Shown: positions 12,119-26,159, numbered from the stretch's first letter. The stretch: DNA of 64,000 bases from Eledone cirrhosa (GCA_964016885.1 OZ024757.1:32798001-32862000); one strand, 5' to 3'. Numbers and translations: made by a program. The notes: generated by a model not told the origin, from the sequence alone.

Positions 12119-12147
12119 TGACGTTTCGGGCATAAGCCCTTCATCAG
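12119..12147 (-). ncRNA. Minimal hammerhead core in a pLTR-like fragment (12035-12290)
   Basis: CTGATGA-A-GGGC TTAT GCCC-GAAA-CG-TC, with AATAAA downstream and then (TA)n; stem I not evident. Confidence 0.55.
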
Positions 12148-12924
12148 GAGAAAACTGGGTAGGAAGAGAGTTACGAGGGTGTGTGGGGGAGTGGAGGAGA
12201 GACATTTAGAGAAAAAAAGTGTGGGGGGGGGAAACAGTGGAAGGAGTACAAATAAAAATAAACAAAGATAAACAAAGATAAACAAGTGGTGGAAGGGTGT
12301 GAGGCGTGTAGGGGCGGTGATGGGTGGAGTTGGGAGAGGAAGCGGGGAGAGCTGAAGGTGGTGTTTGTGTATGTGTGTAGGTGGAAGTGTGTATGTGTGT
12401 GTGCGCGTGTGTATGTGAATGTGAGAGTTGGGGGAAGAACGAGGTTCCATGTTCAGGAAAAGGTGTGTGCGTATATATATATATGAAAGAGAGAGAGATG
12501 CATGAATATATATAGAGAGAGAGATAGATATCTGACTACACAAAAATAGAGAGAGAGAGAGGGGGGATAGAGAAAAATGTAGAGTGGCATATTGTCAAGA
12601 GAGATAGAGAAATGTATAAAGTGGTAGATAATCTACACACAGATAGATAAGTAGACAGATAGATAGATATATTTCTTTATTTGCCACAAGAGCGCACAAG
12701 AAAAGGGGTCAATACAAAGACATATGCCGGGGATTTTACATAGTCGCGTAAAAAAATATAAAACAAACAATTATAACAATCGAAATCCCCAATAGGGGGG
12801 AGGCGCCACAAATGGGTTGTTTAATACCCCGTCGATAGAACAACCTCCAACTTCAGGAGCGTGTTGTGCAAGTGTTCCTTTCTTCCTTTTGTTCTCTTCT
12901 TTAACCTACAGGCTTATAAACAGA

Positions 12925-13380
12925 GAAGATAGATAGATAGATAGATAAAGGGCTGGATAGTCAGACTGATAGATAGATAAAGGGCTGGATAGTCAAACTG
13001 ATAGACAGATAGATAGATAGATAAAGGGCTGGATAGTCAGACAGATAGATAGAGGGATAGATAGATAGATAAAGGGCTGGATAGTCAAACTGATAGATAG
13101 ATAGATAAAGGGCCGGATAGTCAGACACAGACAGACAGGTAGATAGATAAATATATAGATAGATAGATAAAGAACCGGACAGACAGACAGATAGATAGGT
13201 AGATAAAGAGCTGGATAGTCAAACTGATAGACAGAGAGACTGGCGGACTGATAGATAGACAGATAGATATCTTTCTTTATTAGCCACAGGGGCACAAAAG
13301 AAGGGGACAAATACAAAGGGGGAAGTTTACATAGATAGATAAAGAACCGGATAGTTAGACAGACAGATAGATAGATTTCA
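12925..13380. repeat. (GATA)n-based compound tandem repeat
   Basis: Repeated GATAGATAAAGGGCTGGATAGTCARAC units. Confidence 0.85.
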
Positions 13381-14448
13381 TTGATAGAAAGTGTGAAATG
13401 TATTGTGGTAAACAGTGCAGAGAGAGAGAGAGAGAGAGAGAGTGAGTGGAGGGTGGAAGCAGTGATAGTAGTAGTAGTTGGTGGTGGGAAGCAGAGAGAA
13501 TGAGAAGAGAATGAGGTGGTAAGAAGCAGAAGCAATGGAAGAAGAAGAGGTGAGAAGCAGAGAGACTATGAGAGGGAGGAAAAGAGAAGGATGTGGAAGG
13601 AGAGGTGGGAAGCAGAGAGAATAGTTTACCTGGAGAAATCAGTCAGTGAACAAATGAGAGAAAGTTATGTATTGTTCAGACACCAATAGTTATTGTACGT
13701 TGTTTACAGTTGGGGAGAGTAGCTGGACTACAGAGGACCTGTGTTAGGTATATATTGTTACCTGTAACACAATGGTGGTGGAGGACCTTACCTGTTAGGT
13801 TTATTGTTACCTGGAGCTCAATGAAGGAACTCAGCTGTGGCTCCCTGGAACACCTGTGTTATACTTAATGTTACCTGTAGCACGACAGAAGACTTCACCT
13901 GTGGCTTCATCAAAGATATCACCTGTGGTTCACTAGAGGACCTATGTTACACTTAATCTTACCTGTAACATGACAGATGACTTCACCTGTGGCTTCATGG
14001 AAGATATCACCTGTGGCTCATTAGAGGACCTATGTAGCATGACTGAGGGCCTATGTTAGATTTATTTTTACCTGTAGAAAGACAGGGGGCTTATGTTCGA
14101 TATACTATCACCATAATCATCATCATCAGCATCAACATTTTACGTCCATTTTGTATGGTTTAGACGGGTCTTCTCCAACACAGTCAATCTCACCTGAACT
14201 TGTTGCCTTCCATCGCTATCACTTGTGGGACATTGAGATCAGCTCTCCCCATTTCTGACCAGGTTTACCCTCGGTCTTCCACTGGGACCACTTGGCCCGT
14301 CTTCACCCAATGTTCATCATTCATACACACACATTCGCCCAAACCTAACGCCCACCATCCATACACACTCACCCCAACGCCCACCATCCATACACACTCA
14401 CCCCAACGCTCACCATCCATACACATTCACCCAACAATAATCATCCAT

Positions 14449-14489
<41 letters not shown>

Positions 14490-15029
14490 TATATATACAT
14501 TATACACACACGACCCAGACAAAATTCAGTATTGTTTATAGGTTTACACTCTTGATTCTATAAACCAAATCTAGGGAGACACAAAACAAAACAAGCCTGA
14601 ACAAAATATAAGCTCCCTTCATATATTTATATAAATCCCTTCATTAATTGTTACCCCCCCCCCCAAAAAAAAAGAAAGGGCTAATAACTACATATAGTAA
14701 CAGAATTAAACATCACAATATCTTCAACTAATTTACAACTAGTCCACTGACTAAGAGTTTAGTATTATTAGTAGTATTATTACTGTTATTTCTTACCAGT
14801 TGTTGTGGTGGTGGTGGCTGGTGGTGGTCATACAAGCAAAAACAATGAAAGGTATTTATGTCTTGTTTTTTTTTGTTTTGTTTTTTTTCAATTTTAATTC
14901 ATGAATTTTTTAATATTTTTCTGGTAATGTCATATTTTTTTCTTTAATTTTTTAAATATCTGTCTTTCTATATCCCTTTGTTTCCTCTTCTCTCTCTCTC
15001 TTATATATATATATATATAACTGTGTCTA

Positions 15030-16022
15030 TATGTCTGTCTATCTGTTTATTTGTCTGACTGTCCATCTATCTATTTGTCTGTATATCTGTCTATCTATCT
15101 ATCTGTCTGTCTGCCTACCCGTTTGCCTATTTGTCTGTCTGTCTGCCTACCCGTCTGCCTATTTGTCTGTCTGTCTGCCTACCCGTCTGCCTATTAGTCT
15201 ATCTGTCTGCCTACCCGTCTGCCTATTAGTCTATCTGTCTGCCTATTTGTCTGTCTGTCTGCCTACCCGTCTGCCTATTAGTCTATCTGTCTGCCTACCC
15301 ATCTGCCTATTAGTCTATCTGTCTGCCTATTTGTCTGTCTGTCTGCCTACCCGTCTGCCTATTAGTCTATCTGTCTGCCTACCCATCTGCCTATTAGTCT
15401 ATCTGTCTGCCTATTTGTCTGTCTGTCTGCCTACCCATCTGCCTATTAGTCTATCTGTCTGCCTACCCATCTGCCTATTAGTCTATCTGTCTGCCTATTT
15501 GTCTGTCTGTCTGCCTACCCGTCTGCCTATTTTTCTGTCTGTCTGCCTACCCATCTGCCTATTAGTCTATCTGTCTGCCTACCCGTCTGCCTATTTGTCT
15601 GTCTGTCTGCCTATTAGTCTGTCTGTCTGCCTATTTGTCTGTCTGTCTGCCTACCCGTCTGTCTGTCTGCCTACCCGTCTGCCTATTTGTCTGTCTGTCT
15701 GCCTACCCGTCTGCCTATTAGTCTATCTGTCTGCCTACCCGTCTGCCTATTAGTCTGTCTGTCTGCCTACCCGTCTGCCTATTTGTCTGTCTGTCTGCCT
15801 ATTAGTCTGTCTGTCTGCCTACCCGTCTGCCTATTAGTCTATCTGTCTGCCTACCCGTCTGCCTATTTGTCTGTCTGTCTGCCTACCCGTCTGCCTATTT
15901 GTCTGTCTGTCTGCCTACCCGTCTGCCTATTAGTCTATATGTCTGCCTATTAGTCTGTCTGTCTGCCTATTAGTCTATCTGTCTGCCTACCCGTCTGCCT
16001 ATTTGTCTGTCTGTCTGCCTAC
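15030..16022. repeat. Compound CTGT/CTGCCTA minisatellite
   Basis: Shuffled units GTCTGCCTACCC, GTCTGCCTATTA, TTTGTCTGTCT. Confidence 0.9.
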
Positions 16023-16145
16023 CTTTTTATTTCTCTATCTGTCCATCTATCTGATAATATGACTGTCTCTCTATCTGTGTGTCTGTTTGTTGGAATGTCT
16101 GTCTGACTGTCTATCCATGTGTCTATAGATATATAATTAGATACT

Positions 16146-16176
<31 letters not shown>

Positions 16177-16892
16177 ATCATCATCATCATTTAACGTCTA
16201 TTTTTCATGCTAGCATGGGTTAGACGGGTTGTTCTACTGTGAGACAAGCCAGGTCCGATGACACTGACTCGTTCATATAGGACTGGTTTTGGCTTGGTTT
16301 CTATGGCTGGATGCCCTTCTTAACACCAACCACATTTACAGTGTGTCCTGGGTGCTTTTTGTTGTGACACCTACACAACCACCTTATAATGTGGACTAAT
16401 ATATATATATATATGTATATATTTCTTCATTGTACTGTGTTATTTGCTTTGTTATTTCTGTTTACTTTTTGCATATATAAATATATATATATATACAGGG
16501 TGTCCCAAAAATGTATACACACTTGGATTACCTGTACAGGCAATATCTATTAGAATCCTGTTGAAGTATGCACACATTTTTGATATCACCCTATTCTGGG
16601 ATCTTCTGAAACTCTTTCAAATATCACGCAGTAGGGTTTGAGCAGTGATTCTTTGCTTAAACTTTAATCTGTACTAATAAATATTTGCTCTACAGGTTTT
16701 ATATATATATATAGGAAAAGAGTCAAGACCCCGTCGGCTGACTCTTTTCCTATTACCCACTCTACTACCCTAAGTATTGAGTACTCTGGTGCGTTATGGT
16801 CCACCTGGTATTTTACCACACCCTCTCTGTTTTATATATATATATATATATTAATTCAAAATATTAATAAATATAGACATTCATGTAATCAA

Positions 16893-16966
16893 ATATATTT
16901 TATTATATATATATTTCGGAGGTACTGCGCTGTTTCCTCAGTACGTCCTCATCAGATAAAATATAT
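16893..16966 (-). ncRNA. Type I hammerhead ribozyme (minus-strand arm)
   Basis: Reverse complement of the motif at 17056-17127, with one extra TA in stem III. Confidence 0.7.
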
Positions 16967-17055
16967 AAATTGATGTATAACATACCTCAACTGTGTTAGC
17001 AGTCAAGACTGGAATTGAACCATCAGCACAGTTGAGGTATGTCATACATCAATTT

Positions 17056-17127
17056 ATATATTTTATCTGATGAGGACGTACTGAGGAAACAGCGCAGTAC
17101 CTCCGAAATATATATAATAAAATATAT
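17056..17127 (+). ncRNA. Type I hammerhead ribozyme with palindromic stem III
   Basis: ATATATTTTAT-CTGATGA-GGACGTACTG..CAGTACCTCC-GAAA-TATATA-TA-ATAAAATATAT: 11-bp stem I, intact core. Confidence 0.75.
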
Positions 17128-17139
17128 TTGATTACATGA

Positions 17140-17510
17140 ATCATCATCATCATCATCATCATCAGGTTTAGCGTCCGTGTTCCACGCTTGCATGGGTTTG
17201 GACGGGGGTTTTCCCACTTGAGGCAAGAGTGGTTGTCTTGCTCGCATAGGACTGTCTGGCGGGTTTTCTACAGTTGGATGCCCTTCCTAACACCAACCAC
17301 ATTTACAGTGTGGGGCTGGGAGGTTTTTACCGTGTTGCCTACACGGCCACATTACAGCGTGGACTGTCTGGCAGGTTTTCTACAGCTGGATGCCCTTCCT
17401 AACACCAACCACATTTACAGTGTGGGGCTGGGAGGTTTTTACCGTGTTGCCTACACGGCCACATTTACAGCGTGGACTGTGTGTTTTTTTGTCGTGACAC
17501 CTACACGATC
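17140..17510 (-). mobile_element. SINE family A (subfamily of 1-430) inserted in the palindrome
   Basis: (ATC)n tail and duplicated ~113-bp internal unit. Confidence 0.75.
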
Positions 17511-17651
17511 TCATTTGTTTCGGCCTGGATGTTGTGGGACCAACATAACTGTACATTGAAAGGGGCGGTGTGGATGGGGTGGAGGTGGTGGGACGGGGGG
17601 GTGTTTTGATAGAGATGCCTACTGAATGTCTATATTTATTAATATTTTGAA

Positions 17652-17707
<56 letters not shown>

Positions 17708-17966
17708 CCTCATCTAGCCTTCTTCAGATCTTGGTATTCTTAATTATTATTACTATATATATTTAAAGAGTATTTACCTATCTGTAAATGTAAATGTATC
17801 AATCTCTCTACATAACTATCTGTCTGTCCATGCACACAAATAAACATTACTTAATTTGAGATAATTTTTGTAAAAAATATTTATTTTTAGTATTTGTGCT
17901 CATACTCTAAGTAATTATTTGAATATATCCTTGTAAAAATGTGTTGTGATGGGTTAATGAAAATCT

Positions 17967-18645
17967 TGGTGTGGTGCGGTGTGATGTGGTGTGGTGTGGT
18001 GTGGTGTGGTGTGGTGTGGTGAGGTGTTGTATGGTGAGGTGTGGTGTGGTGTGGTGTGGTGTGGTGTGGTGTGGTGTGGTGTGGTGTGGTGTGGTGTGGT
18101 GTGGTGTGGTGTGGTGTGGTGTGGTGTGGTGTGGTGTGGTGTGGTGAGGTGTGGTGTGGTGTGGTTTAGTGTGGTGTGGCTTGGTATGGTGTGGTGTGGT
18201 GTGGTTTGGTATGGTGAGGTGTTGTCTAGTGTGGTGTGGTATGGTGAGGTGTTGTCTAGTGTGGTGTGGTATGGTGAGGTGCGGTATGATATGGTGTGGT
18301 GTTATCTGTTGTGGTGTGGTATGGTGAGGTGTGGTGTAGTGGTGGTGAGTGGTGGAGTGATATGTGTGGTGTGGTCTGGTGTGGTTTGTGTAGTGTGATG
18401 TGGTGTGGTCTGGTGTGGTGTGGTTTGGTTTGGTGTTGTCTGGTGTGGTTTGGTCTGGTCTGGTGTGGTTTGGTCTTGTCTGGTCTGGTGGTGTGTTGTG
18501 GTGTGATGGGATGTGATATGATATGATGTGTAGTGTGGTGTGGTGGAGATTTTGGTTAGGGGAGTGGTGTGATGGTAAGGACTGTAGCTGGTAGTATTGT
18601 CTGGTGCAGTGTGATGTAGTGTAGTGTGGTGTGGTGTGGTGGGGG
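17967..18645. repeat. (GGTGT)n pentanucleotide tract
   Basis: Direct inspection; degenerate continuation at 19925-20200. Confidence 0.9.
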
Positions 18646-20539
18646 ATACTGGCTGAAGGAGTGATGGAATTAAAATCTTTGTAAAATGTGTTGTGTTAAT
18701 GAAAATCCATTACTGCCAAGTAGCTGGCCAGTATCTGCTGCTGATGGTGTGGTGATCTTCAATGAAACAGGGAAACTGGGGGGTTCCCTGACCTTCCTTG
18801 ACCAGGGTAACCCCATGAAAAGCTACTGAATTCCTGAACTGTCATTGTTTTTCACTAAATCTTTTTCCCCTTTGGTTTAGTTTTTCATCCAGCTTATCTG
18901 TGCTGTGTTGTTTTTGAAATAATAATGAAAATTATTGTGTACAGTGTTCAGGTGCACTACAGCTCATCAAAGATGCATGTATAGTACATAGAATAATGTA
19001 CAAATATCAGTGTATGAGTCATGATATACACAAAGACACGCATACACATGCGTACGTGTGTATGGAGGGGGAATATCAGGTGTAGTGTTGGAACAAACGT
19101 AATCCAGTCTTTCCAGTCTTCACACATGCTCCACATACAAAGCCCATGTCTTATTGCCATGCAACGTCACACTTCATAAACAGGTATCATACAATTTGCC
19201 CTTTTCTTGCAAAGATAATCCCTTTATTGTTAGCATAGGTGGTAGCTCTCTGAAGTTTTTCTATCTTGTTCTTATTCTAAGTACTATGGTTTCAGAGCAC
19301 TCTCCTCTAATGTTAATTTGGTTCCCTAAGTAACAGAAGCTATCAACTACTTCTTTGGAGCCTTCATTTGATTAGAAAGAGTTTATTTCATTAGGGTTCT
19401 TACTGCTAACTACCCTTGTACATCTGCCATATTAAAAAAATCTCTTTTCTCTGTCCACCTTCCTGTGATCCCTCTACATTTTCCAGTGTACCCAGAATTT
19501 ACATTGGGTGCACTTTCTCCTTTTCTGCAAATTAAACACAGCCACTGCCCATATGGCACTGCAATACCCTAATAGGCTTCTGCCATAATATAGTAGGCTT
19601 CAGCCATACCCCCACCCACCCCCATCATGGTATTGCCATATTCCATGATCTAGCCATACCCCAACAGAATCCTGTCAAACACTAGCAGGGCCCAACCCCA
19701 CCCCATCAAGGGCCTGCAGTACCCCAGTAGAGTCCTGTCATACTCCAGTATGAACCTGTTATACCCCTATAGCATCTTACTATACCTAGCATAGTTCTAC
19801 AATACCTAAGCATGGTTGTACAATGCCCCAGCATGGTCCTGCCTTTGTTCCTCTTTACTAAGACTTTGTGAGATCAATTAAGCAATCCTGAATGTGTGAC
19901 ATGGTTTGACAGAGGACTACAATGGTCTGATCTGGTCTGGTGTGTTGTAGTGGTGTGGTGTAGGGAGCATGGTGAAGTGGAGGACTGGCTGGCTGTGTGG
20001 TCTGGTCTGGTTTGAAGGGGTGTAGTATGGTGTGTTTTGGGGAGGCGTGGTGAAGTGGAGAATTTGCTGGCTGTGTGGTAAGGTCTTGCTCTGGTCTGGT
20101 CTAGTCTGGTGTGATGCATGGGTAGACTGGATGGTGATGTGACTGGTGGCATGATGTGGTGTGGTGGAGGGCTGTGGTTGGTGGTGCGGTGAGGTGTAAT
20201 TAAGGACCATGGTGGGGTAACACAGTTCATATGTCTAGGAAGGCCATAACTCTTAATAATAACTGACACATAGTAGAGGGAATACTTTAAACTTCCTTAC
20301 ATAGAATAAGCCCTCTAGTGACAGAAGTGTGATAAAATACAGCCTATGCATTTTGTAAAGTGATTAGTGAGATAAAAAAAACCTTTTATTCAGCTGCAGA
20401 AACCTTACCAAAAATGGATCATACAAGTGATATGTTAATATCACATTGCAGGCAACCTGTCTAGGAGGGTAGTACCTTTGCATAAAAACTGATACATGAA
20501 AGTTCCTGACTTGGTAGACACCCACAAGATTATTAACCA

Positions 20540-20800
20540 CTTTTCCAACAACAACCCTGAGCACCTTTTTGAATTCCATGTGTCTAACACCCATGAACAT
20601 GCTTACAAAATCAGAAAACAGCACAACTCCCATGACTTTCAATAACATTTTTTTCATGCTCAGAGTTGCTGAAGTATGGAACAAATTACCTGCATCAGTT
20701 GTTAGCTGTCAGGACATTGCATCCTTCAAAACTTCCATGCTTCTCAAAATTCACCAATACTACACCTGATATTACTCCTCCATACACATACGTCTGAGTG
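20540..20800 (+). mobile_element. CR1/L2-like LINE 3' fragment
   Basis: FFMLRVAEVWNKLPASVVSCQDIASFKTSML; related copies at 43705-43995 (-) and 18925-19090 (-). Confidence 0.65.
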
Positions 20801-20997
20801 CATTACTTAGACCTAATTGAAATTATTGTTCTAAGTAATGCACTCAGACATATATTTGTCTCTCCTGTAAAGGAATATTTATCCAAGTAATGATAATTTT
20901 TGTTCGCTGCTGTATAATTTGGACTAACTTCCAGCAACATCAATATAAGCAATTTTTTTCTTCTCTGAAGATTCTATGCAAATATCACTTATAGCAA

Positions 20998-21141
20998 TGT
21001 ATATGTGTGCATACACACTCATATATGTGTGCATACACACTCATATATGTGTGCATACACACTCATATATGTGTGCATACACACTCATATATGTGTGCAT
21101 ACACACTCATATATGTGTGCATACACACTCATATATGTGTG
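20998..21141. repeat. 22-bp minisatellite (ATATATGTGTGCATACACACTC)
   Basis: About six exact copies. Confidence 0.9.
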
Positions 21142-21787
21142 AACTGTTATTTTGTTATTGTATTGATGAAACATCATGTAAGGTGTAAAGTTTGTTTTTA
21201 AATGTATTGCCTTCTCTTCCATTTATTCTGCTTCTATATATATGAAAAGATTCAGGACCCTGACGGCTGAGCTTCGGCCATTTCAACAGCTAGATCCTGA
21301 ATCTTTTCATACCCACTCTACTACCCCAAGTATAGAGTACTCTGGTCTTTACTACACCCTATCATATATATATATATAATTTGTTTTGCAAGGTTTTTGA
21401 TATGAAATCGTGTGTCAAAACAAATATTGTTATACTTGGGGAGGGTCATATTGTTACAATATTGCCAGAAATAATAACAGAACACACTCACTGTTTGGTT
21501 TGGGTTGGTTTTTGCTTCTGTATCTTTTATATCTCCATAGTTAATTTATTTGGCAATCAATGTTTATTATTAATTGACTAACAGTTAAAATACAGCTATA
21601 AATATATATATATATAAGTTCTTTCGTCATACATCTGTTATTATTTCTGGCAATATTATAACAATATGACCCTCCCCAAGTATAACAATATATATAATTT
21701 GATCTGTATATATACTGATATATTTTATTGTACACTTGAGCTGCTTAGCACACAGTTTAATATATATATATATATATATATATATTT

Positions 21788-22048
21788 CTAGGGCGGGTAA
21801 AATTCCCAAGATCCATGGATGAGTTCTCTCCAGCGGTCTCTGCCCCTCATTATCGCTGCCATGTCCTGCATCTCCAACAGACCAGTGTCTGTCCTTAGGG
21901 CATCAACATATGTTAACCTTGGTTTTCCTCTTCCAGTGTGTCCATGTAGGGGCTCCCACAGGAGCACTGAGTGCAATGTCAACTCTGGATGTTGGTGAGC
22001 ATGTCCAGCTAACCTCAGTCTCCTCTGTGTCATTTTAGAGCTGACTTT
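21788..22048 (-). mobile_element. RTE-type LINE 3' fragment in (TA)n
   Basis: QRRLRLAGHAHQHPEL..VLLWEPLHGHTGRGKPRLTYVDAL; same 3' end at 37231. Confidence 0.7.
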
Positions 22049-22069
22049 TATATATATATATATATATAT

Positions 22070-22705
22070 GTGAGAGTCAACTGAAAAGTTAATAAACTGA
22101 CAAAGATACTTTCATGGAATGTGACCAAATTAGGTTTGTTTTTCAACATAGTCCCCCTTGTGGTTGACACACTTCTTCCATCGGAGTTGCAGTGCTTGGA
22201 TCCCATTGGTGAAGAAGCTTTCATCCTGTTGGTAAAAAAAAAAAATCATCAACAGCAGATATGACGTCATCATCTCTGTGATTCTAGTTCCCAGCCAAGT
22301 GTTTTTTCATGTTGGGGAACAGATGATAGTCAGGTGGAGCCAAATCAGGAGAATCGGGAAGAAGATCAACCAGTTCAAAGCCACAGCAACCATTGACACC
22401 AAAGACTTGTGTGCCGGAGTATTGTCGTCATTAAACAAGACCCCTTCCATTAGTTTTCCTTGGCATTTCATCTTAATAGCCTTTCATAACTGCCTCAGCA
22501 AGTTGGCATAGTACTCTTCATTTATGGTGTGGCTCTTTTGAACATAGTTAATAAATAGAATGCCTTTTGCATTCCAAAAAACTGAGGCCATCACCTTCCC
22601 TTCAAATGAAACAGCCTTGGCCTTCTTTGGAGCAGGTGAGGAGGGGTGTTTCCACTGCAAGAATTGTCTCTTTGTCTTTATCTCAAAGTGATGAACCCAA
22701 CAGAA
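22070..22705 (-). pseudogene. Mariner (DD34D-type) transposase remnant
   Basis: WVHHFEIKTKRQFLQWKHPSSPAPKKAKAVSFEGKVMASVFWNAKGILFINY..TINEEYYANLL; its end resembles the MITE at 48242. Confidence 0.8.
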
Positions 22706-23053
22706 AATAATTAATTGCAGAAAATAATTATTTTTCACAATTCTTCAAAGGTTTTGCTCCATCGATCTCATTCTCAGTTTTCTCTTCTCTTCTCTCTCTC
22801 TCTACCCCTGTCATTTCTCAACTCATTCTTTTGACTAACTTCCCTTCTCTCCCTCTCCCTGTTCCTCCATTCAATATAAGGTTATATCTTAACCTGACTT
22901 TTCACTATACATACAGTAATCAGCTGTTTACAGCTACCCACCGTGCTGAGAATCCTACAATTTATGAAAATTCATATATATTTATATAATTGTCTCTCTA
23001 TATATATTTATATATATATATAATGAGGGTAATATTAAATATTATTCAATATT

Positions 23054-24035
<982 letters not shown>

Positions 24036-24606
24036 CACAGTTCAAGAGTAACCAAAAAGAGAGAGATAGGAGAGGAGACGTTGGTGAATTAGTTGGAAAC
24101 CAAAGCATAAAGGCATGTGCTCAATGTGCAATATGCAGTGGAAGGCAGCTAAGTGGCTGGGTTCATGCAGAGGTTAGGTGCACAGAGCTGGAAATATTCA
24201 TTAGTTAAGCAAAACAAGACCACAAATTTCACAAGAAAGACATTATTAAAAGATTGTCAACATATTTTAGTTTGATGTAAGGAATGTAGAGAATAATAAT
24301 AATGTCCGTTTACAATTGTTTCGCTACTCCATATAATATTTCTGGATCAAATGATTATAGATCATTATTGATCTGGTTCAGTTGAAAATAATTAACATAG
24401 GTAAAAATAGAGCAGTTCATCGGAACTTCAAAAGGAATATAAATTAAAATAAGGAAAGAATGTTACCTTGGCAAGCTATTTAGAACACTGGTTTAACCGT
24501 TTTACTTCCCTCCGAAGAAGAGATATTATCTCAAAAATTAAGGACATATCTCCATCTCTCTCTTTAAGATTGGTTACTCTTGAACTGTGTATATATATAT
24601 ATATAT

Positions 24607-24998
24607 ATAAACGTTTGAATATGTATAATAAAGCCAAAACAATGCAGGTATGGACATAGAAAAAAGAATGCAATTGCAAAAGATATTGTTGACAATTCGT
24701 CTTTTACCTTAGATTTATTTTAAACGTCCTTAATTTTCGAGATAATATCTCTTCTTCAGAGGGAAATAAAGGTCTCAAACCAGCGTTCTAAATATCTGGC
24801 TTGGCAAGATATTTAGAACGCTGGTTTGAGACCTTTATTTCCCTCTGAAGATGAGATATTATCTCGAAAATTAAGGACGTTTAAAATAAATCTAAGGTAA
24901 AAGACGAATTGTCAACAATATCTTTTGCAATTGCATTCTTTTTTCTATGTCCATACCTGCATTGTTTTGGCTTTATTATACATATTCAAACGTTTATA
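24607..24998. mobile_element. ~390-bp near-perfect palindrome with a minimal hammerhead in each arm
   Basis: Centre ~24797-24807. CCT-CTGAAGA-W-GAGATATTATCTC-GAAA-AT-TA-AGG at 24842-24876 (+) and 24728-24762 (-); decayed third copy near 24510-24545. Confidence 0.8.
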
Positions 24999-25273
24999 CC
25001 TCATTACACAATGCTTCAAGTGAAATATAACCTCCTCCATATATATATATATATATATAATGTAGAAGGTGAGTTTTATTGTAGCACAATAAAGCAATGC
25101 AAATATTGGATAAGTAGCACTCAACAGTTTATAGGATTGGAGTATAAATAATATAAAATGAAAAGATGGTTAAAAGAGTGTTATATGTAGATTTGACACT
25201 TCACTGCTCGCAAGTGTTTTTTAAGCTTCATATCATGTCTCCCTATTTTACCTGATGAGAACGTAAATATCAT

Positions 25274-25328
25274 CTGATGAGAACGCAAATATCATCCCAT
25301 GATGATATTTGTTTTTGAAATGCGCATA
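25274..25328 (+). ncRNA. Hammerhead-like motif within an inverted-repeat element (25148-25374)
   Basis: CTGATGA-GAACGCAAATATCATC CCAT GATGATATTTGTTTTT-GAAA-TGCGCA-TA; stem I unclear. Confidence 0.5.
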
Positions 25329-25374
25329 ACAACATACATGGAACTCTTTTAACCATCTTTTCATTTTATATTAT

Positions 25375-25708
25375 ATCATCATCATCATCATCATTTAATG
25401 TCCGCTTTTCCCTGCTTGCAAGGGTGGGACGGGAACTGATTCTGGCTTGATTTCTAGAGCTGGATGCCCTTCCTTACACCAACCTCATTTACAGTGAGTG
25501 CTGGGTGCTTTTTTGCCGTGGCACCTCCACGACCACTTTGCAGTGGAATGATAGGGACCCCAGTCCCTATCATCTCATTTCTACAGCTGAGTAAACTGGA
25601 GCAATGTGAAATAAAGTGTCTTACTCAAGGAAACAACACATCACCCGGTCTGAGAATTGAACTCACAACCTTTCGATTGCAAGGCCAATGCTCTAACCAC
25701 TAAGCCAT
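25375..25708 (-). mobile_element. Full-length SINE family A
   Basis: Near-identical to 5888-6220. Confidence 0.85.
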
Positions 25709-25875
25709 ATATATATATATATATATACAGAGAGAAAGAGAAGATCGGGGATCTATTTTTGTCATTTGTTGTGATTCTTTAAATATTTATTTCCATTCTG
25801 CATATTATTTAAAATAATATCTGTTGGGAGATTGCCCATTGACATTATTGAAAGCAACACAAGATTGAAAAATTA

Positions 25876-26113
25876 TCCTCCTCCCCTCTCTTCTTTCCTC
25901 CTCCTCCTCCTCATCATCATCATCATCATCATCACTATCATCGTTACTGTCATCATCATAACCACTATCATCATTACCATCATCATCATCGCCATCATCA
26001 TTACTGTCATCATACCCATTATCATCATTGTCATCATAGTCATCATTGTTGTTACTACTGGTTGTTGTTGTTGTTGTTGTTGTTGTTATTTCTGCTCCTT
26101 TTGTTATTAGCAT

Positions 26114-26159
<46 letters not shown>

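Larger units (their letters stand above)
16851..17655. mobile_element. Palindromic hammerhead-bearing element, right arm interrupted by a SINE
   Basis: Left arm 16851-16996 is the reverse complement of 17026-17141 plus 17624-17655. TGAAT is duplicated around the inserted SINE; (TA)n flanks on both sides. Confidence 0.85.

Noticed and set aside
16495-16660. Tc1-like transposon end (TACAGGGTGTCCCAAAA)
   Set aside because: Only one terminus, with no partner TIR or ORF; too little to call.
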